Of a stretch of DNA of 64,000 nucleotides, positions 1 through 10,517 are shown one piece after another. The stretch is from positions 176,771 through 240,770 of the forward strand of contig MKXX01000003.1 of assembly GCA_001914055.1 (NCBI GenBank), read 5' to 3'. Position 1 is the first letter of the stretch. Each line of letters begins with the position of its first letter. The notes beneath the pieces are model-generated. The model was not told where the DNA came from. It did no database searches and was given only the letters and a program-made list of their open reading frames with translations. The translations under genes and the position numbers were made by a program. Source of the DNA: Haemophilus parainfluenzae (GTDB taxonomy: Bacteria > Pseudomonadota > Gammaproteobacteria > Enterobacterales > Pasteurellaceae).

Positions 1-122
1 CATTCATTGAAAATTCCTACCTATTTTTAGGGTGTTTTGGGGAGCCAAGATGAAGTGCAGTTGATTTCACCTTTACTTTTACTATATAGTGATAACCATT
101 CTCAAATTAAGACCGGATAACC

Positions 123-989
123 ATGTTCTCATTTCTGCGTTTACCCTTTTTATTTTTCCTGCTGATATTTACACAAAACACGCAAGCTGAACCCGATTTT
201 AAAATTCCACCTATTCAAGAAAGCATGAAAAAAATGTATCAAATTCAACAAAAAGATTTTACTTTTGAAGGCAAGCATTATCGTTTGTTTATTGCTGTTC
301 CACCGAAAACGTCGAAAAAACTGACCGCACTTTATACGTTAGATGGCAATGCTCAATTTCCACTAGCGGTGAATGCTGTCAATCCCAATAAACCGCTCCC
401 GCTGATTGTCGGTATCGGTTATGTATCAGATAAAGCCTACGTCATTGAAGAACGCACTAGAGACTACACTTTTCCTGCAGAAGGTGCCGAATTTGCCAAA
501 GGCGGAAAAGCTGCTGATTTTCTACGTTTTATTCAACAAGACGTAAAGCCTTATATTGAACAGCATTTTGATATCAATAAGGAAAAACAATATTTCTTTG
601 GGCATTCTTTTGGTGGGTTATTTGGATTGTACGTGCTCTTCCATCAACCAGATTTATTTCAATATTACACGTTGGCAAGCCCTTCTCTTTGGTGGGGAAA
701 TGGCTCATTTTTACCTCAAAATGAGCCATGGATTAGCCAAAAACCATCACATATCCTGATTACATTAGGCTATTATGAAGAACATCCTGAGCAGGATCCA
801 AATATGACTGAAGAACAATTACAACGAATTAATCAACGGAAACAAATGCGAACGCTCAATGCACATCAATTAGCGGAAATATTGGAAAAACAAGGTAATT
901 CCGTGACGTTTGTTTCTATCCCCAATAAAAATCATGGTGGCTCGATTCCGGATGCCATCAAACATTGCTTAGAACAAGTTCAACAATAA
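123..989 (+). CDS. Secreted alpha/beta-hydrolase, putative esterase (enterochelin/IroE-like esterase family)
   Basis: 288-aa ORF; N-terminal signal peptide MFSFLRLPFLFFLLIFTQNTQA; GHSFGG nucleophile-elbow motif typical of serine esterases. Confidence 0.65.
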   Translation: MFSFLRLPFLFFLLIFTQNTQAEPDFKIPPIQESMKKMYQIQQKDFTFEGKHYRLFIAVPPKTSKKLTALYTLDGNAQFPLAVNAVNPNKPLPLIVGIGYVSDKAYVIEERTRDYTFPAEGAEFAKGGKAADFLRFIQQDVKPYIEQHFDINKEKQYFFGHSFGGLFGLYVLFHQPDLFQYYTLASPSLWWGNGSFLPQNEPWISQKPSHILITLGYYEEHPEQDPNMTEEQLQRINQRKQMRTLNAHQLAEILEKQGNSVTFVSIPNKNHGGSIPDAIKHCLEQVQQ

Positions 990-999
990 AAGAGCATAA

Positions 1000-1034
1000 A
1001 AAAATCCCCGTTATCATGAACGGGGATTTTTCTT
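1000..1034. terminator. Bidirectional rho-independent terminator between convergent esterase and hslO
   Basis: AAAAATCCCCG-ttatcatgaa-CGGGGATTTTT perfect hairpin flanked by A/T runs on both sides. Confidence 0.7.
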
Positions 1035-1899
1035 ATTGTGCTTGTTTGAGTTTATTGATTGCTTCTTTATTGAAGAAGTAATGCGTGCCACAACATTCAC
1101 ACTGCATATCAATGCTGCCTTTATGCTCTTCTAAGATTTCCTCAATTTCAGCTTCTGGAATCAGTAATAATGCTGCCCCTGAACGCTCAGGTGAGCAACC
1201 ACAGAAGAAAGAAACTGATTGTGGTTCAAAAACTTCCACCACTTCTTCGTGATATAAGCGATAAAGCAATTCTTCTGCGGGTAATCCAAATAACTCCTCA
1301 TCTTTTACGGTTGCAGCTAACGTAGTTAAATGCTCAAAATCCTCTGGTGTACCTTGGCCATCCGGCATAATCTGTAGCAACATTCCTGCAGCAACTGGTT
1401 TGCCTTCATATTCACCCGTGCGAATAATAAGCTGAGTTTGTAATTGTTCTGAACGAACAAAATAGTCTTCTAAACATTCCGTAATCGTTGGTTTATCTAA
1501 ACCGATAACGCCTTGATACCGCTCACCTTCAGTTGGAGCAATCGTAATCACTAATACGCCTTTGCCGATCATATCATGAAGGCTCATACCGTCTTGAATA
1601 TCGCCTTGTACACGTGCTAATGCACGGATCTGTTGTTGGTCATTACCATTTACTAAAGCTAATTTTAATGGACCATCACCTTGAATTTGAACAGTAATAT
1701 TACCGTTAAATTTTAATGTTGCAGTCAATAAATTAGTCGCCACCATCATCTCACCTAATAAGTTTTGTACCGCTTTTGGATAATGATGAGTATTCAACGT
1801 ATCAGTAAAAGTTTGATTTAATCGCACCCATTCACCACGCACGGCACGGTTTTGGAAAAGGTAGCGGTAAAGTTTGTCATTGTCTTGAGTGTAATTCAT
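1033..1899 (-). CDS. hslO: Hsp33 redox-regulated chaperone
   Basis: 288 aa; C-terminal zinc centre CGCS...CECCGTHY typical of Hsp33. Confidence 0.9.
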   Translation of the reverse strand: MNYTQDNDKLYRYLFQNRAVRGEWVRLNQTFTDTLNTHHYPKAVQNLLGEMMVATNLLTATLKFNGNITVQIQGDGPLKLALVNGNDQQQIRALARVQGDIQDGMSLHDMIGKGVLVITIAPTEGERYQGVIGLDKPTITECLEDYFVRSEQLQTQLIIRTGEYEGKPVAAGMLLQIMPDGQGTPEDFEHLTTLAATVKDEELFGLPAEELLYRLYHEEVVEVFEPQSVSFFCGCSPERSGAALLLIPEAEIEEILEEHKGSIDMQCECCGTHYFFNKEAINKLKQAQ

Positions 1900-2040
1900 T
1901 ATTTGTTCCTATTTATTCTTTGAGTAAAAAGCGCGGTCAATTTTTCGAATAAATCGTAAACATTCAAAAAAGATGTCATTTTGTTACCGCACTTTGCGCC
2001 TGAGCAGTATTATGGGGGTGAAAATCAAAATTACAAGCCA

Positions 2041-2075
2041 AAAAGAAAAGCGGATAGCTTTCACTATCCGCTCAC
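2041..2075 (-). terminator. Rho-independent terminator downstream of porin gene
   Basis: GCGGATAG-ctttcac-CTATCCGC hairpin followed on minus strand by T-run. Confidence 0.6.
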
Positions 2076-2097
2076 TTTATAAAATTAAACTGATAAA

Positions 2098-3219
2098 TTA
2101 CCAGTATGCACGTAAACCGATAACAGTTTTGAAATCACGGCTACGATCAAGCTGTTTACCTGCGTCATCAAAGGTATTCTCGTATTTAGTACGAGTCGCT
2201 TGCCATTCAATGAATGGTTTAACTTTTAATGAACCTTGATTATACACATAGTATTCAGTACCCACTAAGAATTGGCGATCTGTTGATTTGGAATATGCAG
2301 AACCCACAGGTAACGTTTTCTCAGTTTTATAAGAATACATTGCATATACGTTCCAGTCTTCATTTAAACCTTGGCGAATTACTGCGGTTACTTCATTATT
2401 TTTTACCTTGTTACCTGCGCCATCTTTATTTTTAGTATCTTTGTGAGCAAAGTCTAAACCATAAGTAGTGTGAACAAAGTTATATGCTAAGCCTAAAGCA
2501 TAAGCATTGCTGTAGTATGCTGTTTTGTCAGCATTTTCAGAAATTTCACGAGTGAAACCTGCTGCGACAGTTACATTTTGGATACTATCAATTTCATGAT
2601 CAAAGATAAGACCTGTACCCCAAGTGTTTTTACGGTTATTTTTTAAATCTACGTTTTTGATGTCACGTTTGCTTGAACCGCCATAGTACGCACCAAATTT
2701 CACTTTATTTGAGCCGTAGTCACCATTATAAACATATTGTGCTACACGACGAGCTGAAGTCTCTAATAAACCATCAGTCAAGCTATAAGTATTTGCTAAA
2801 TCACTTTGTGTTACTTCATCAGTGATAGTTACCATGTTACCGTAAGTTAACTCACCGAATTGTTTGTGGCCAAAACCAGCATAAAGTTGACGAGTATAAA
2901 CATGGTCAAAATCATGTTGTGAAGGCGCTTCACCACGCATACGCCATTCCGCACGACCTAAAGCATAGAAATCGCCACCTAAACTTTGTTTTAATTTAAA
3001 GCCAAAACGTGAACCATCGTTATCAACTGCATGGTTGATGTGCTCTTTGCTTTCACCGCCCGCTACATAGTTAGTTTTGTTAGAGGTGCTTTCCCATTTA
3101 ACACGTAAAGAACCGTAAAAATCAACATCTGTACCAGTTTGGTCAATGTGGAAGTTATAAGCTTGTGCAGAACCTGCTGCTAATGCCGCTACAGATAAAG
3201 CAAGAAGTGTTTTTTTCAT
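2098..3219 (-). CDS. ompP2: Outer membrane porin, OmpP2-like (Gram-negative porin family)
   Basis: 373 aa; signal peptide MKKTLLALSVAALAAGSAQA; beta-strand-rich Y/G/N composition; C-terminus ...GLRAYW resembles Haemophilus OmpP2 ...GLRVYF. Confidence 0.8.
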   Translation of the reverse strand: MKKTLLALSVAALAAGSAQAYNFHIDQTGTDVDFYGSLRVKWESTSNKTNYVAGGESKEHINHAVDNDGSRFGFKLKQSLGGDFYALGRAEWRMRGEAPSQHDFDHVYTRQLYAGFGHKQFGELTYGNMVTITDEVTQSDLANTYSLTDGLLETSARRVAQYVYNGDYGSNKVKFGAYYGGSSKRDIKNVDLKNNRKNTWGTGLIFDHEIDSIQNVTVAAGFTREISENADKTAYYSNAYALGLAYNFVHTTYGLDFAHKDTKNKDGAGNKVKNNEVTAVIRQGLNEDWNVYAMYSYKTEKTLPVGSAYSKSTDRQFLVGTEYYVYNQGSLKVKPFIEWQATRTKYENTFDDAGKQLDRSRDFKTVIGLRAYW

Positions 3220-3384
3220 AACGCTTTCCCTATTATTTAATGAAGTTTATTAAAAAATTGAACTTTTTGCAGTTTATACACTACAACCTAAATGGTCAAC
3301 CCTAAATTTTTCTAACTATCAGAAAATAGGCAATATTTTGACTAAAATCAATCCAGATAAATACATATTCGATTATTTTATCGC

Positions 3385-4338
3385 CTATTTAGTTAATAAA
3401 TTAAGCGCAGAAAATACTTGGTCTGAGGTAATATTTTCCATTGAATTCGCTGTTAAATAGTGCTGATTTTGACCATAACAGCCAATTAAGGTCGGATCTG
3501 TTGCGCCATAAAGCGTAATATTTGGTTTATCCAGTGCGGCTGTCAAATGGGCAAGCCCTGTATCCACGGACACCACGGCTTTCGCATTAGCTATTTGGTC
3601 AGCCAATTCATTCAATGAAAGTTTAGGTAAAACGACCACATGAGATAAACCTGTGGCTAATCGCTCTGCTCTCGCCTTTTCTTTTTCATTCCCCCAAGGT
3701 AAACGGACTTGAATAGAAAGTGTGGTCAGTTTTTCGATTAAATTCCGCCATTCTCGTTCTGACCAATGCTTTTCATCTCTTGTTGTAGAGTGAAAAAAAA
3801 TCACGTAAGGTTCAATAGAATTTACGGAAATAAAATGACGTGCAATGCCATAATCCCCTTTTTCTATCGGCAACGGATAAGATAGTGCTTGAGCAAAAAG
3901 CTGACGAATACGTTCTACCGCATGTTGTTGATAAGAAATCACATATTTTTTATCGTAAAACAAGGAAGCTATCGGCTCACGGATACTTTTGCGGTCATAG
4001 CCATGTTTAATGCCATTAGCTAAGCGTGTTGCAAAAAAGGCACTTTTAAAAAGACCTTGTGCATCAATCACGGCATCATATTGATTGGCTTGCAATAAAG
4101 TGCGGTAAGATTTCCACTCGTTTTTGGTCTGAATCGAAAAAGGCGATTTTCGCCAGCGTCTTAAGGCAATTGGAATGATTTGCTTCACTGCCGAATGCCA
4201 ACGTGGAATTTCGGCAAAATTCTCTTCCACCACCCAATCAATGGAGAGATTAGGAATAGCACGCTGTGCATCAGTCAATGCCGGCAAAGTATGAATCACA
4301 TCCCCCATAGAGGAAGTCTTAATCACACATACTTTCAT
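3385..4338 (-). CDS. waaC: ADP-heptose:LPS heptosyltransferase I
   Basis: 317 aa; N-terminus MKVCVIKTSSMGDVIHTLPALTDAQ... collinear with E. coli WaaC/RfaC (GT9 family). Confidence 0.85.
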   Translation of the reverse strand: MKVCVIKTSSMGDVIHTLPALTDAQRAIPNLSIDWVVEENFAEIPRWHSAVKQIIPIALRRWRKSPFSIQTKNEWKSYRTLLQANQYDAVIDAQGLFKSAFFATRLANGIKHGYDRKSIREPIASLFYDKKYVISYQQHAVERIRQLFAQALSYPLPIEKGDYGIARHFISVNSIEPYVIFFHSTTRDEKHWSEREWRNLIEKLTTLSIQVRLPWGNEKEKARAERLATGLSHVVVLPKLSLNELADQIANAKAVVSVDTGLAHLTAALDKPNITLYGATDPTLIGCYGQNQHYLTANSMENITSDQVFSALNLLTK

Positions 4339-5240
4339 TTAATTAACCTTCTTCCCCAGTGCATAATTCCAAGTCCAGATACGGCTAAAATGCCTCCAAT
4401 AATTAAGGAGGAATCCACTTGTTCATTCAACCAAACGGCTGAGAATAAAATCCCTAAAATCGGCACTAGAATAATATAAGCAGAGGCATTACCTGCGCCT
4501 AAGTATTTCACCCCATCAAAATACCATGCATAGGCTAATACTGTGGCACCAAATGCGAGGCCAAGCAAACTTATCCACTCACCTTGAGATAAATTCAGTA
4601 CCGTAAGCCAATCGTCTGCACTTTCCATGCATAGAGCACTAATAAACAACAATAAAAAACCAAAAATAGAAGATAATGTGGTTGCGGTAAGCGAATCAAT
4701 GCCGGCGAGTACTTTTCTCGCCAATAAGGTGTAAACGACCCAACAAATTAGCGCTCCAATTAATAATATTTGCCCAAAGCCAAATGAATCCATCATTTGT
4801 AAAAAATTCCCTTTTGTGAGAGCCAATAATGTTCCGCTCATGGCAATAACCATTCCGATTATTACCCAACGATTCCATTTTTCTTTAAATAAAAAAATTG
4901 CCAAAAGCGTCGTGAAAACAGGGTTTGTTGCTACAATCACGGCTGCTTGCCCCGCAGGAAGATATTTCAGTCCCCAGATAAAAAACGTGGAATAGGCAAA
5001 AACACCGAAAAAGGCAGTCACAAACAACCCTATCCATTGATTCGCTCTTAGTTGTTTCGCATATTTGAAGCGATTTGCCGCATATAACCAAATCATGAGC
5101 GGAATAATCGCAAAGAAAAATCGCAAACTGGAGGCAACAAATGTCGGCATAGCTTGGGCAACCACCCGCCCCCAAGGCCAAGATGCCCCCCATAAAATAG
5201 CCATTCCGATTAATTGTAAGTGTATGCGGAGAGGGTTCAT
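4335..5240 (-). CDS. EamA/DMT-family drug/metabolite transporter
   Basis: 301 aa, about 10 predicted TM helices; two EamA-like halves; 4-nt overlap with waaC start. Confidence 0.7.
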   Translation of the reverse strand: MNPLRIHLQLIGMAILWGASWPWGRVVAQAMPTFVASSLRFFFAIIPLMIWLYAANRFKYAKQLRANQWIGLFVTAFFGVFAYSTFFIWGLKYLPAGQAAVIVATNPVFTTLLAIFLFKEKWNRWVIIGMVIAMSGTLLALTKGNFLQMMDSFGFGQILLIGALICWVVYTLLARKVLAGIDSLTATTLSSIFGFLLLFISALCMESADDWLTVLNLSQGEWISLLGLAFGATVLAYAWYFDGVKYLGAGNASAYIILVPILGILFSAVWLNEQVDSSLIIGGILAVSGLGIMHWGRRLIK

Positions 5241-6280
5241 TTTGCTAATAATGCCTCTAATTTTTCTAATGCCATTTCTGGTGTAATATCAATCAAACTT
5301 TGATGATACCCTTCTGAGCTATCTGTACTTTTACGCACCTTAATTAAATCGCCTTCAATTAAACGAATAATCACGGCTTTATCTGATAATGGTGGCGTAT
5401 AAATTGGGCTCGTTGGGCCATAAAGCGCAACCAATGAGCGATCTGTGGCTGCCGCAATATGCATTAAGCCGCTGTCATTGCTCACCACTGCTGTGCAGTT
5501 AGCAATTAAATCTACCACTTGATTAAGATTCGTTTGTCCCGCTAAATTTAAACAAAACGGTTGCAGTTCTGCTGGCAACGCATTGCGGATTTGCTCTCCT
5601 GCTTCCACATCTTTTGGTGAACCAAATAATTCTACCGCATAGCCTTTTTCAATCAGCATTTCGGCCAATTTAGCATAATGATAATGTGGCCAACGTTTAG
5701 CGGGACCAAACTCAGCTCCGGGACAGAACCCGATAATCGGACGTTCACCTAAAAGTGCGGTCTGTTTTTCAAAGTTTTTTAAGGTTTCCGCTTGTTGAGT
5801 TGGGTCAACGGTTAAATAAGGTTTTAGAACAGGAATATCTGCCGCTTTCAGTACCGTATTTTGCTCAAAGGCCAACGCGACATAACGTTGCACCATCATT
5901 GGGTAATCACGTTTGTTATTGCGTAAATCGTTAAGTAAGAAATAACGACTTTCCCCTTTCCAACCACGACGCACCGCAATTTTTGCAAAGGCGGGAATAA
6001 AGGCTGACTTCAACGAGTTTGGTAATACGATTGCCATATCATATTGATTGCGTAATGCCTTACCTAAACGATAACGTTCACACAAGGCAAACTTACCATG
6101 ACCAAGCGGCATTTCAATGGCATGACGCACTTCAGGCATACGGGCTAAAAGCGGTTTACACCAATTCGGTGCCATCACATCAATTTGGCAATGGGGATAT
6201 TGCAGTTTGAGTTGTTGATACAAACTGTGCGACATCATCATATCGCCGACCCAAGACGGGCCGATAATTAAAATATTCAT
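5237..6280 (-). CDS. waaF: ADP-heptose:LPS heptosyltransferase II
   Basis: 347 aa; MNILIIGPSWVGDMMMS...GFCPGAEFGPAKRWPHYHYA... collinear with E. coli WaaF/RfaF. Confidence 0.9.
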   Translation of the reverse strand: MNILIIGPSWVGDMMMSHSLYQQLKLQYPHCQIDVMAPNWCKPLLARMPEVRHAIEMPLGHGKFALCERYRLGKALRNQYDMAIVLPNSLKSAFIPAFAKIAVRRGWKGESRYFLLNDLRNNKRDYPMMVQRYVALAFEQNTVLKAADIPVLKPYLTVDPTQQAETLKNFEKQTALLGERPIIGFCPGAEFGPAKRWPHYHYAKLAEMLIEKGYAVELFGSPKDVEAGEQIRNALPAELQPFCLNLAGQTNLNQVVDLIANCTAVVSNDSGLMHIAAATDRSLVALYGPTSPIYTPPLSDKAVIIRLIEGDLIKVRKSTDSSEGYHQSLIDITPEMALEKLEALLAK

Positions 6281-6296
6281 GCTTGACCTTATAACA

Positions 6297-6338
6297 AAAG
6301 TGCGGCTAAAAATAAGACTAATTTTAACCGCACTTTAT
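6297..6338 (-). terminator. USS-pair hairpin terminator after hldD
   Basis: aagtgcggc...accgcactt inverted USS-like pair. Confidence 0.5.
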
Positions 6339-6378
6339 TCATTTTCTAGTATTGAACGACATTATTTGTTCAATATTT

Positions 6379-7302
6379 TTATTTATTTAACCACGCCATG
6401 TACTCAGCCACACCTTCCGCTACGGTTTTAAATGGTTTGTCGTAGCCAGTTGCACGAAGTTTCTCAAGGTTAGCTTGCGTATATTCTTGATAGCGAGATT
6501 TCAAATGCTCTGGGAATGGAATAGTTTCCACTGCACCTTTACCATGGAATTTAATCACTGCTTTTGCCACTTCCGCAAAAGATTCTGCATTGCCAGTACC
6601 ACAATTGAAGATACCCGAAATGCCATTTTGCCAGCACCAAATATTAACTTGTGCCACATCACCTACATAAACGAAATCACGGCGGAAGTGTTCACTACCT
6701 GCAAATAATTTTGGATTTTCGCCTTTCAGGATTTGGTTATTTAAGTGGAATGCCACGCTTGCCATTGAACCTTTGTGGCCTTCACGCGGACCATACACGT
6801 TAAAATAACGGAAACCACATACTGGTGATTTTGCTTCAGGTAAAATCGCTCGCACATATTGGTCGAATAAGAATTTAGAATAACCGTACACATTCAATGG
6901 GCCTTCAAATTCACGCTCTTCACGGAATTCAGTTTTGTCGCCATAAGTCGCCGCACTTGATGCATACAAGAACGGAATTTGACGATCTAAGCAGTAATGC
7001 AATAACTCTTTTGAATATTCGTAGTTATTATGCATGATGTATTTACCGTCCCATTCAGTGGTCGCCGAGCAAGCCCCTTCATGGAATACCGCATCGATAT
7101 CGCCTAAATCATCACCTGCAATAATTGACGCAATGAAGTCTTCTTTATCACAGTAATCTGCGATATCAAGATCCACTAAGTTAATGAATTTAGTCCCGTC
7201 TTTTAAGTTATCCACCACTAAAATATCTTTGCGTCCCATATCGTTTAATGCTTTAACGATATTACTGCCGATAAAGCCGGCGCCACCTGTTACGATAATC
7301 AT
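6379..7302 (-). CDS. hldD: ADP-L-glycero-D-manno-heptose 6-epimerase
   Basis: ORF 6379..7362; conserved start [20 protein letters not shown] (Rossmann GxxGxxG) at 7302 matches HldD/RfaD. Confidence 0.9.
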   Translation of the reverse strand: MIIVTGGAGFIGSNIVKALNDMGRKDILVVDNLKDGTKFINLVDLDIADYCDKEDFIASIIAGDDLGDIDAVFHEGACSATTEWDGKYIMHNNYEYSKELLHYCLDRQIPFLYASSAATYGDKTEFREEREFEGPLNVYGYSKFLFDQYVRAILPEAKSPVCGFRYFNVYGPREGHKGSMASVAFHLNNQILKGENPKLFAGSEHFRRDFVYVGDVAQVNIWCWQNGISGIFNCGTGNAESFAEVAKAVIKFHGKGAVETIPFPEHLKSRYQEYTQANLEKLRATGYDKPFKTVAEGVAEYMAWLNK

Positions 7303-7354
7303 AATTCTGTCCTCTTTAAAATAAGTCTGTGTATTGTAATAGATTTTGTGCCGC

Positions 7355-7870
7355 TTAGCCAAAAAACTCTGTGAAAAACAACCGCACTTTTAAGCCCCAG
7401 TAACTTGTCCAACCCGTTGTGGCTAAATCCATTTTTCCTTTGTTTAAAATAATAATCGTCGGTGTCACATTCACCTGCCATTGATCCGCAATCTTGCCTT
7501 GAGGATCATTCACCGTTGTAAACTGATAGTGATGGGTTTGTAAATAATCCTCCACGTCCTTATTTGTCCCCGAACGTAGTGCGACAGAGACTACGGGATA
7601 GCCTTCTTCTGAAAGTGAATTAATCGCTGGAGAAGTATAACGACAATAACCACACCAACTTCCCCAGAAATAAATGATCGTCGGCTTAGCTTGATCTAAT
7701 TGGGGTAAAAAGAAGGCATTTCCCTGTAAATCATAAAGTGCCGTTGCATTGATTTCAGGCGGAATATTAGGTTTACGAATAAAATCAAGAATACTGCTCA
7801 CGATAATCAACGTCAGCAAGAGCGAAATCGCATTTTTTAATAAGGTTTTAAGTTTCACAACAAATTCCAT
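7355..7870 (-). CDS. Membrane-anchored thioredoxin-fold thiol:disulfide oxidoreductase (TlpA-like)
   Basis: 171 aa; N-terminal TM helix; WCGYC active-site motif. Confidence 0.7.
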   Translation of the reverse strand: MEFVVKLKTLLKNAISLLLTLIIVSSILDFIRKPNIPPEINATALYDLQGNAFFLPQLDQAKPTIIYFWGSWCGYCRYTSPAINSLSEEGYPVVSVALRSGTNKDVEDYLQTHHYQFTTVNDPQGKIADQWQVNVTPTIIILNKGKMDLATTGWTSYWGLKVRLFFTEFFG

Positions 7871-7966
7871 GATCTAGGATAAAAGGATTGTAATCGATCA
7901 GAAAAGTGCGGTCAAAATTACAGATATTTTGCTATGATAACCCCATCATTTAATAAGGAGAAAAAT

Positions 7967-8641
7967 ATGGATAGTAAACAATTAGCACAATATATTGATC
8001 ACACGGCCCTTACTGCTGAAAAAACAGAACAGGATATTCTTAAGCTCTGTGATGAAGCCATTCAATACGGCTTTTATTCAGTCTGCATTAATTCAGGCTA
8101 TATTCCTTTAGCCAAAGAAAAACTCACTGGCTCAAACGTCAAAATTTGTACCGTAGTCGGTTTTCCACTTGGCGCTAACTTATCCTCTGTCAAAGCGTTT
8201 GAAACCCAAGAAGCAATCAAAACGGGTGCGGGTGAAATCGATATGGTAATTAATGTCGGTTTAATTAAATCAAATAAATGGGATGCCGTAAAAGACGACA
8301 TTCAAGCTGTATTAACCGCTTGTCATGGAGTGCCACTTAAAGTGATTTTGGAAACGTGTTTACTCACCAAAGAAGAAATCGTAAAAGCCTGTGAAATCTG
8401 TAAAGCGCTAGGTGTGGCATTCGTTAAAACCTCAACGGGTTTCAATAAAGGCGGCGCAACCGTAGAAGATGTGGCATTAATGAAGAAAACGGTAGGCAAC
8501 ATTGGCGTGAAAGCCTCTGGCGGTATTCGTGATACTCAAACCGCACTAGCCATGATTGAAGCAGGTGCGACACGAATTGGTGCAAGCGCAGGGATTGCCA
8601 TTGTAACGGGTACTTCTGGTAATACTGCAAGCAATTACTAA
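7967..8641 (+). CDS. deoC: Deoxyribose-phosphate aldolase
   Basis: RBS AAGGAG 8 nt before ATG at 7967; DeoC motifs [17 protein letters not shown], active-site Lys region. Confidence 0.9.
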   Translation: MDSKQLAQYIDHTALTAEKTEQDILKLCDEAIQYGFYSVCINSGYIPLAKEKLTGSNVKICTVVGFPLGANLSSVKAFETQEAIKTGAGEIDMVINVGLIKSNKWDAVKDDIQAVLTACHGVPLKVILETCLLTKEEIVKACEICKALGVAFVKTSTGFNKGGATVEDVALMKKTVGNIGVKASGGIRDTQTALAMIEAGATRIGASAGIAIVTGTSGNTASNY

Positions 8642-8652
8642 TCAATAATGAA

Positions 8653-8690
8653 AAAGGAGATTGAAGCGTGTGCCTCAATCTCCTTTTTTC
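8653..8690. terminator. Bidirectional terminator between deoC and proS
   Basis: AAGGAGATTGAGGC-gtgtg-CCTCAATCTCCTT hairpin plus TTTTTT. Confidence 0.7.
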
Positions 8691-8706
8691 ATCATCAAAG
8701 ACTCAA

Positions 8707-10422
8707 TTAAGCTTTAATTTGTCCTTTCAAGAAATCTAACAACTGATCTTTTGCAATCATTTGTTTTTCACCAGTGCGACGATTTTTGTATTCGATTTCG
8801 CCATTTGCGAGATTTTTCTCACCAATCACCACCATGTGTGGCACGCCGATAAGTTCCATATCTGCAAACATCACACCTGGGCGTTCTTTACGATCATCAA
8901 AGATCACTTCTACACCTTGTGCTTGTAAAGTGCGGTACAATTCTTCGGCATATTCTTGAACGCTTTCAGATTTATGCATATTCATTGGTACAACAGCAAC
9001 TGTGAATGGCGCAATTTCATCTGTTGGCCACACAATACCGCGATCATCAAAATGTTGTTCAATCGCCGCAGCGACCACACGCGTTACACCAATGCCGTAA
9101 CATCCCATGGTTACGACCATTGGACGACCATCTTCACCTTGAACGGTTGCATTCATCGCTTCTGAGTATTTTTTACCTAATTGGAAGATATGACCCACTT
9201 CGATACCACGTTTAATCAATAAGGTACCTTTACCATCTGGGCTTGGGTCACCTTCAACCACGTTACGAATATCCGCCACTTTTGGTAACGCCACATCGCG
9301 TTCCCAGTTGATATTGAAGTAATGTTTACCATCAATGTTTGCACCCGCGCTGAAATCAGACACTAATGCCACTGAACGGTCAATAATCACTGGAATATTG
9401 AGATTAACAGGACCTAATGAACCCACACCTGCACCAATTTTTGCTTTGATGGCAGCTTCATCCGCAAACTCAAATGGTGAAGCCACTTCCGGTAATTTTT
9501 CCGCTTTGATTTCGTTTAATTCATGGTCACCACGAATGACTAACGCCACCAACGGTTGCTCTTCGCTTGCCCCTTTTACAATTAAGGTTTTAACCGTTTT
9601 CTCAATAGGCAAATTGAATTGTTCCACCAACTCTGCAATCGTTTTTGCATTTGGCGTATCAACTAATTCCATCGCTTTCGTTGGCGCGGCGCGCTCACCA
9701 ATTGCCACCGCTTCCGCTAATTCAATGTTTGCAGCGTAGTCAGATTCAGTAGAGAAAATCACATCATCTTCGCCACTGTTCGCTAACACTTGGAATTCAT
9801 GTGATGCACTACCACCGATAGAACCAGTGTCCGCTTGTACGGCACGGAAATCTAAACCTAAGCGATTGAAAATATTGCTATAAGTTTGGTACATCACATC
9901 ATAAGTTTGTTGCAAGCTCGCATGATCCGCATGGAAAGAATACGCATCTTTCATGATAAATTCACGCGAACGCATGACACCAAAACGAGGACGCACTTCA
10001 TCACGGAATTTGGTTTGAATTTGGTATAAATTGATTGGAAGTTGTCTGTATGATGACACTTCTCGACGAACTAAATCCGTAATCACTTCTTCATGTGTTG
10101 GACCTAATACAAAGTTACGATTACCACGATCTTCAAAACGAAGTAATTCGGGGCCATATTGTTCCCAACGACCTGATTCTTCCCATAATTCTGCTGGTTG
10201 CACGACTGGCATTTTGATTTCAAGTGCGCCGCTTTTATCCATTTCTTCACGGATGATTTTTTCTACTTTACGGAGCACACGCCAGCCGGTTGGCATCCAG
10301 TTATAGAGACCTGAAGCAAGAGGACGAATCATCCCCGCACGGAGCATTAATTGATGGCTCACAATGGCCGCTTCAGCTGGGGTTTCTTTAAGTGTTGAGA
10401 ATAAATATTGACTTGTACGCAT
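8707..10422 (-). CDS. proS: Prolyl-tRNA synthetase
   Basis: ORF 8707..10500; conserved ProS N-terminus [33 protein letters not shown] at 10422; 571 aa class II aaRS with editing domain. Confidence 0.95.
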   Translation of the reverse strand: MRTSQYLFSTLKETPAEAAIVSHQLMLRAGMIRPLASGLYNWMPTGWRVLRKVEKIIREEMDKSGALEIKMPVVQPAELWEESGRWEQYGPELLRFEDRGNRNFVLGPTHEEVITDLVRREVSSYRQLPINLYQIQTKFRDEVRPRFGVMRSREFIMKDAYSFHADHASLQQTYDVMYQTYSNIFNRLGLDFRAVQADTGSIGGSASHEFQVLANSGEDDVIFSTESDYAANIELAEAVAIGERAAPTKAMELVDTPNAKTIAELVEQFNLPIEKTVKTLIVKGASEEQPLVALVIRGDHELNEIKAEKLPEVASPFEFADEAAIKAKIGAGVGSLGPVNLNIPVIIDRSVALVSDFSAGANIDGKHYFNINWERDVALPKVADIRNVVEGDPSPDGKGTLLIKRGIEVGHIFQLGKKYSEAMNATVQGEDGRPMVVTMGCYGIGVTRVVAAAIEQHFDDRGIVWPTDEIAPFTVAVVPMNMHKSESVQEYAEELYRTLQAQGVEVIFDDRKERPGVMFADMELIGVPHMVVIGEKNLANGEIEYKNRRTGEKQMIAKDQLLDFLKGQIKA

Positions 10423-10473
10423 TGAATTAACCTTAGATTCTAAGCATTGAGAAAAAATTGGTGAGAGTATAAC

Positions 10474-10507
10474 AAAAAGTGCGGTCATTTTTAACCGCAC
10501 TTTTTTA
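10474..10507 (-). terminator. USS-pair hairpin terminator after nlpD
   Basis: aaaaagtgcggtcatttttaaccgcactttttt. Confidence 0.6.
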
Positions 10508-10517
10508 TGAGAAAAGA

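Noticed and set aside
8774-10306. Several plus-strand ORFs inside proS
   Set aside because: They are antisense to a 571-aa conserved aminoacyl-tRNA synthetase and have no independent support.
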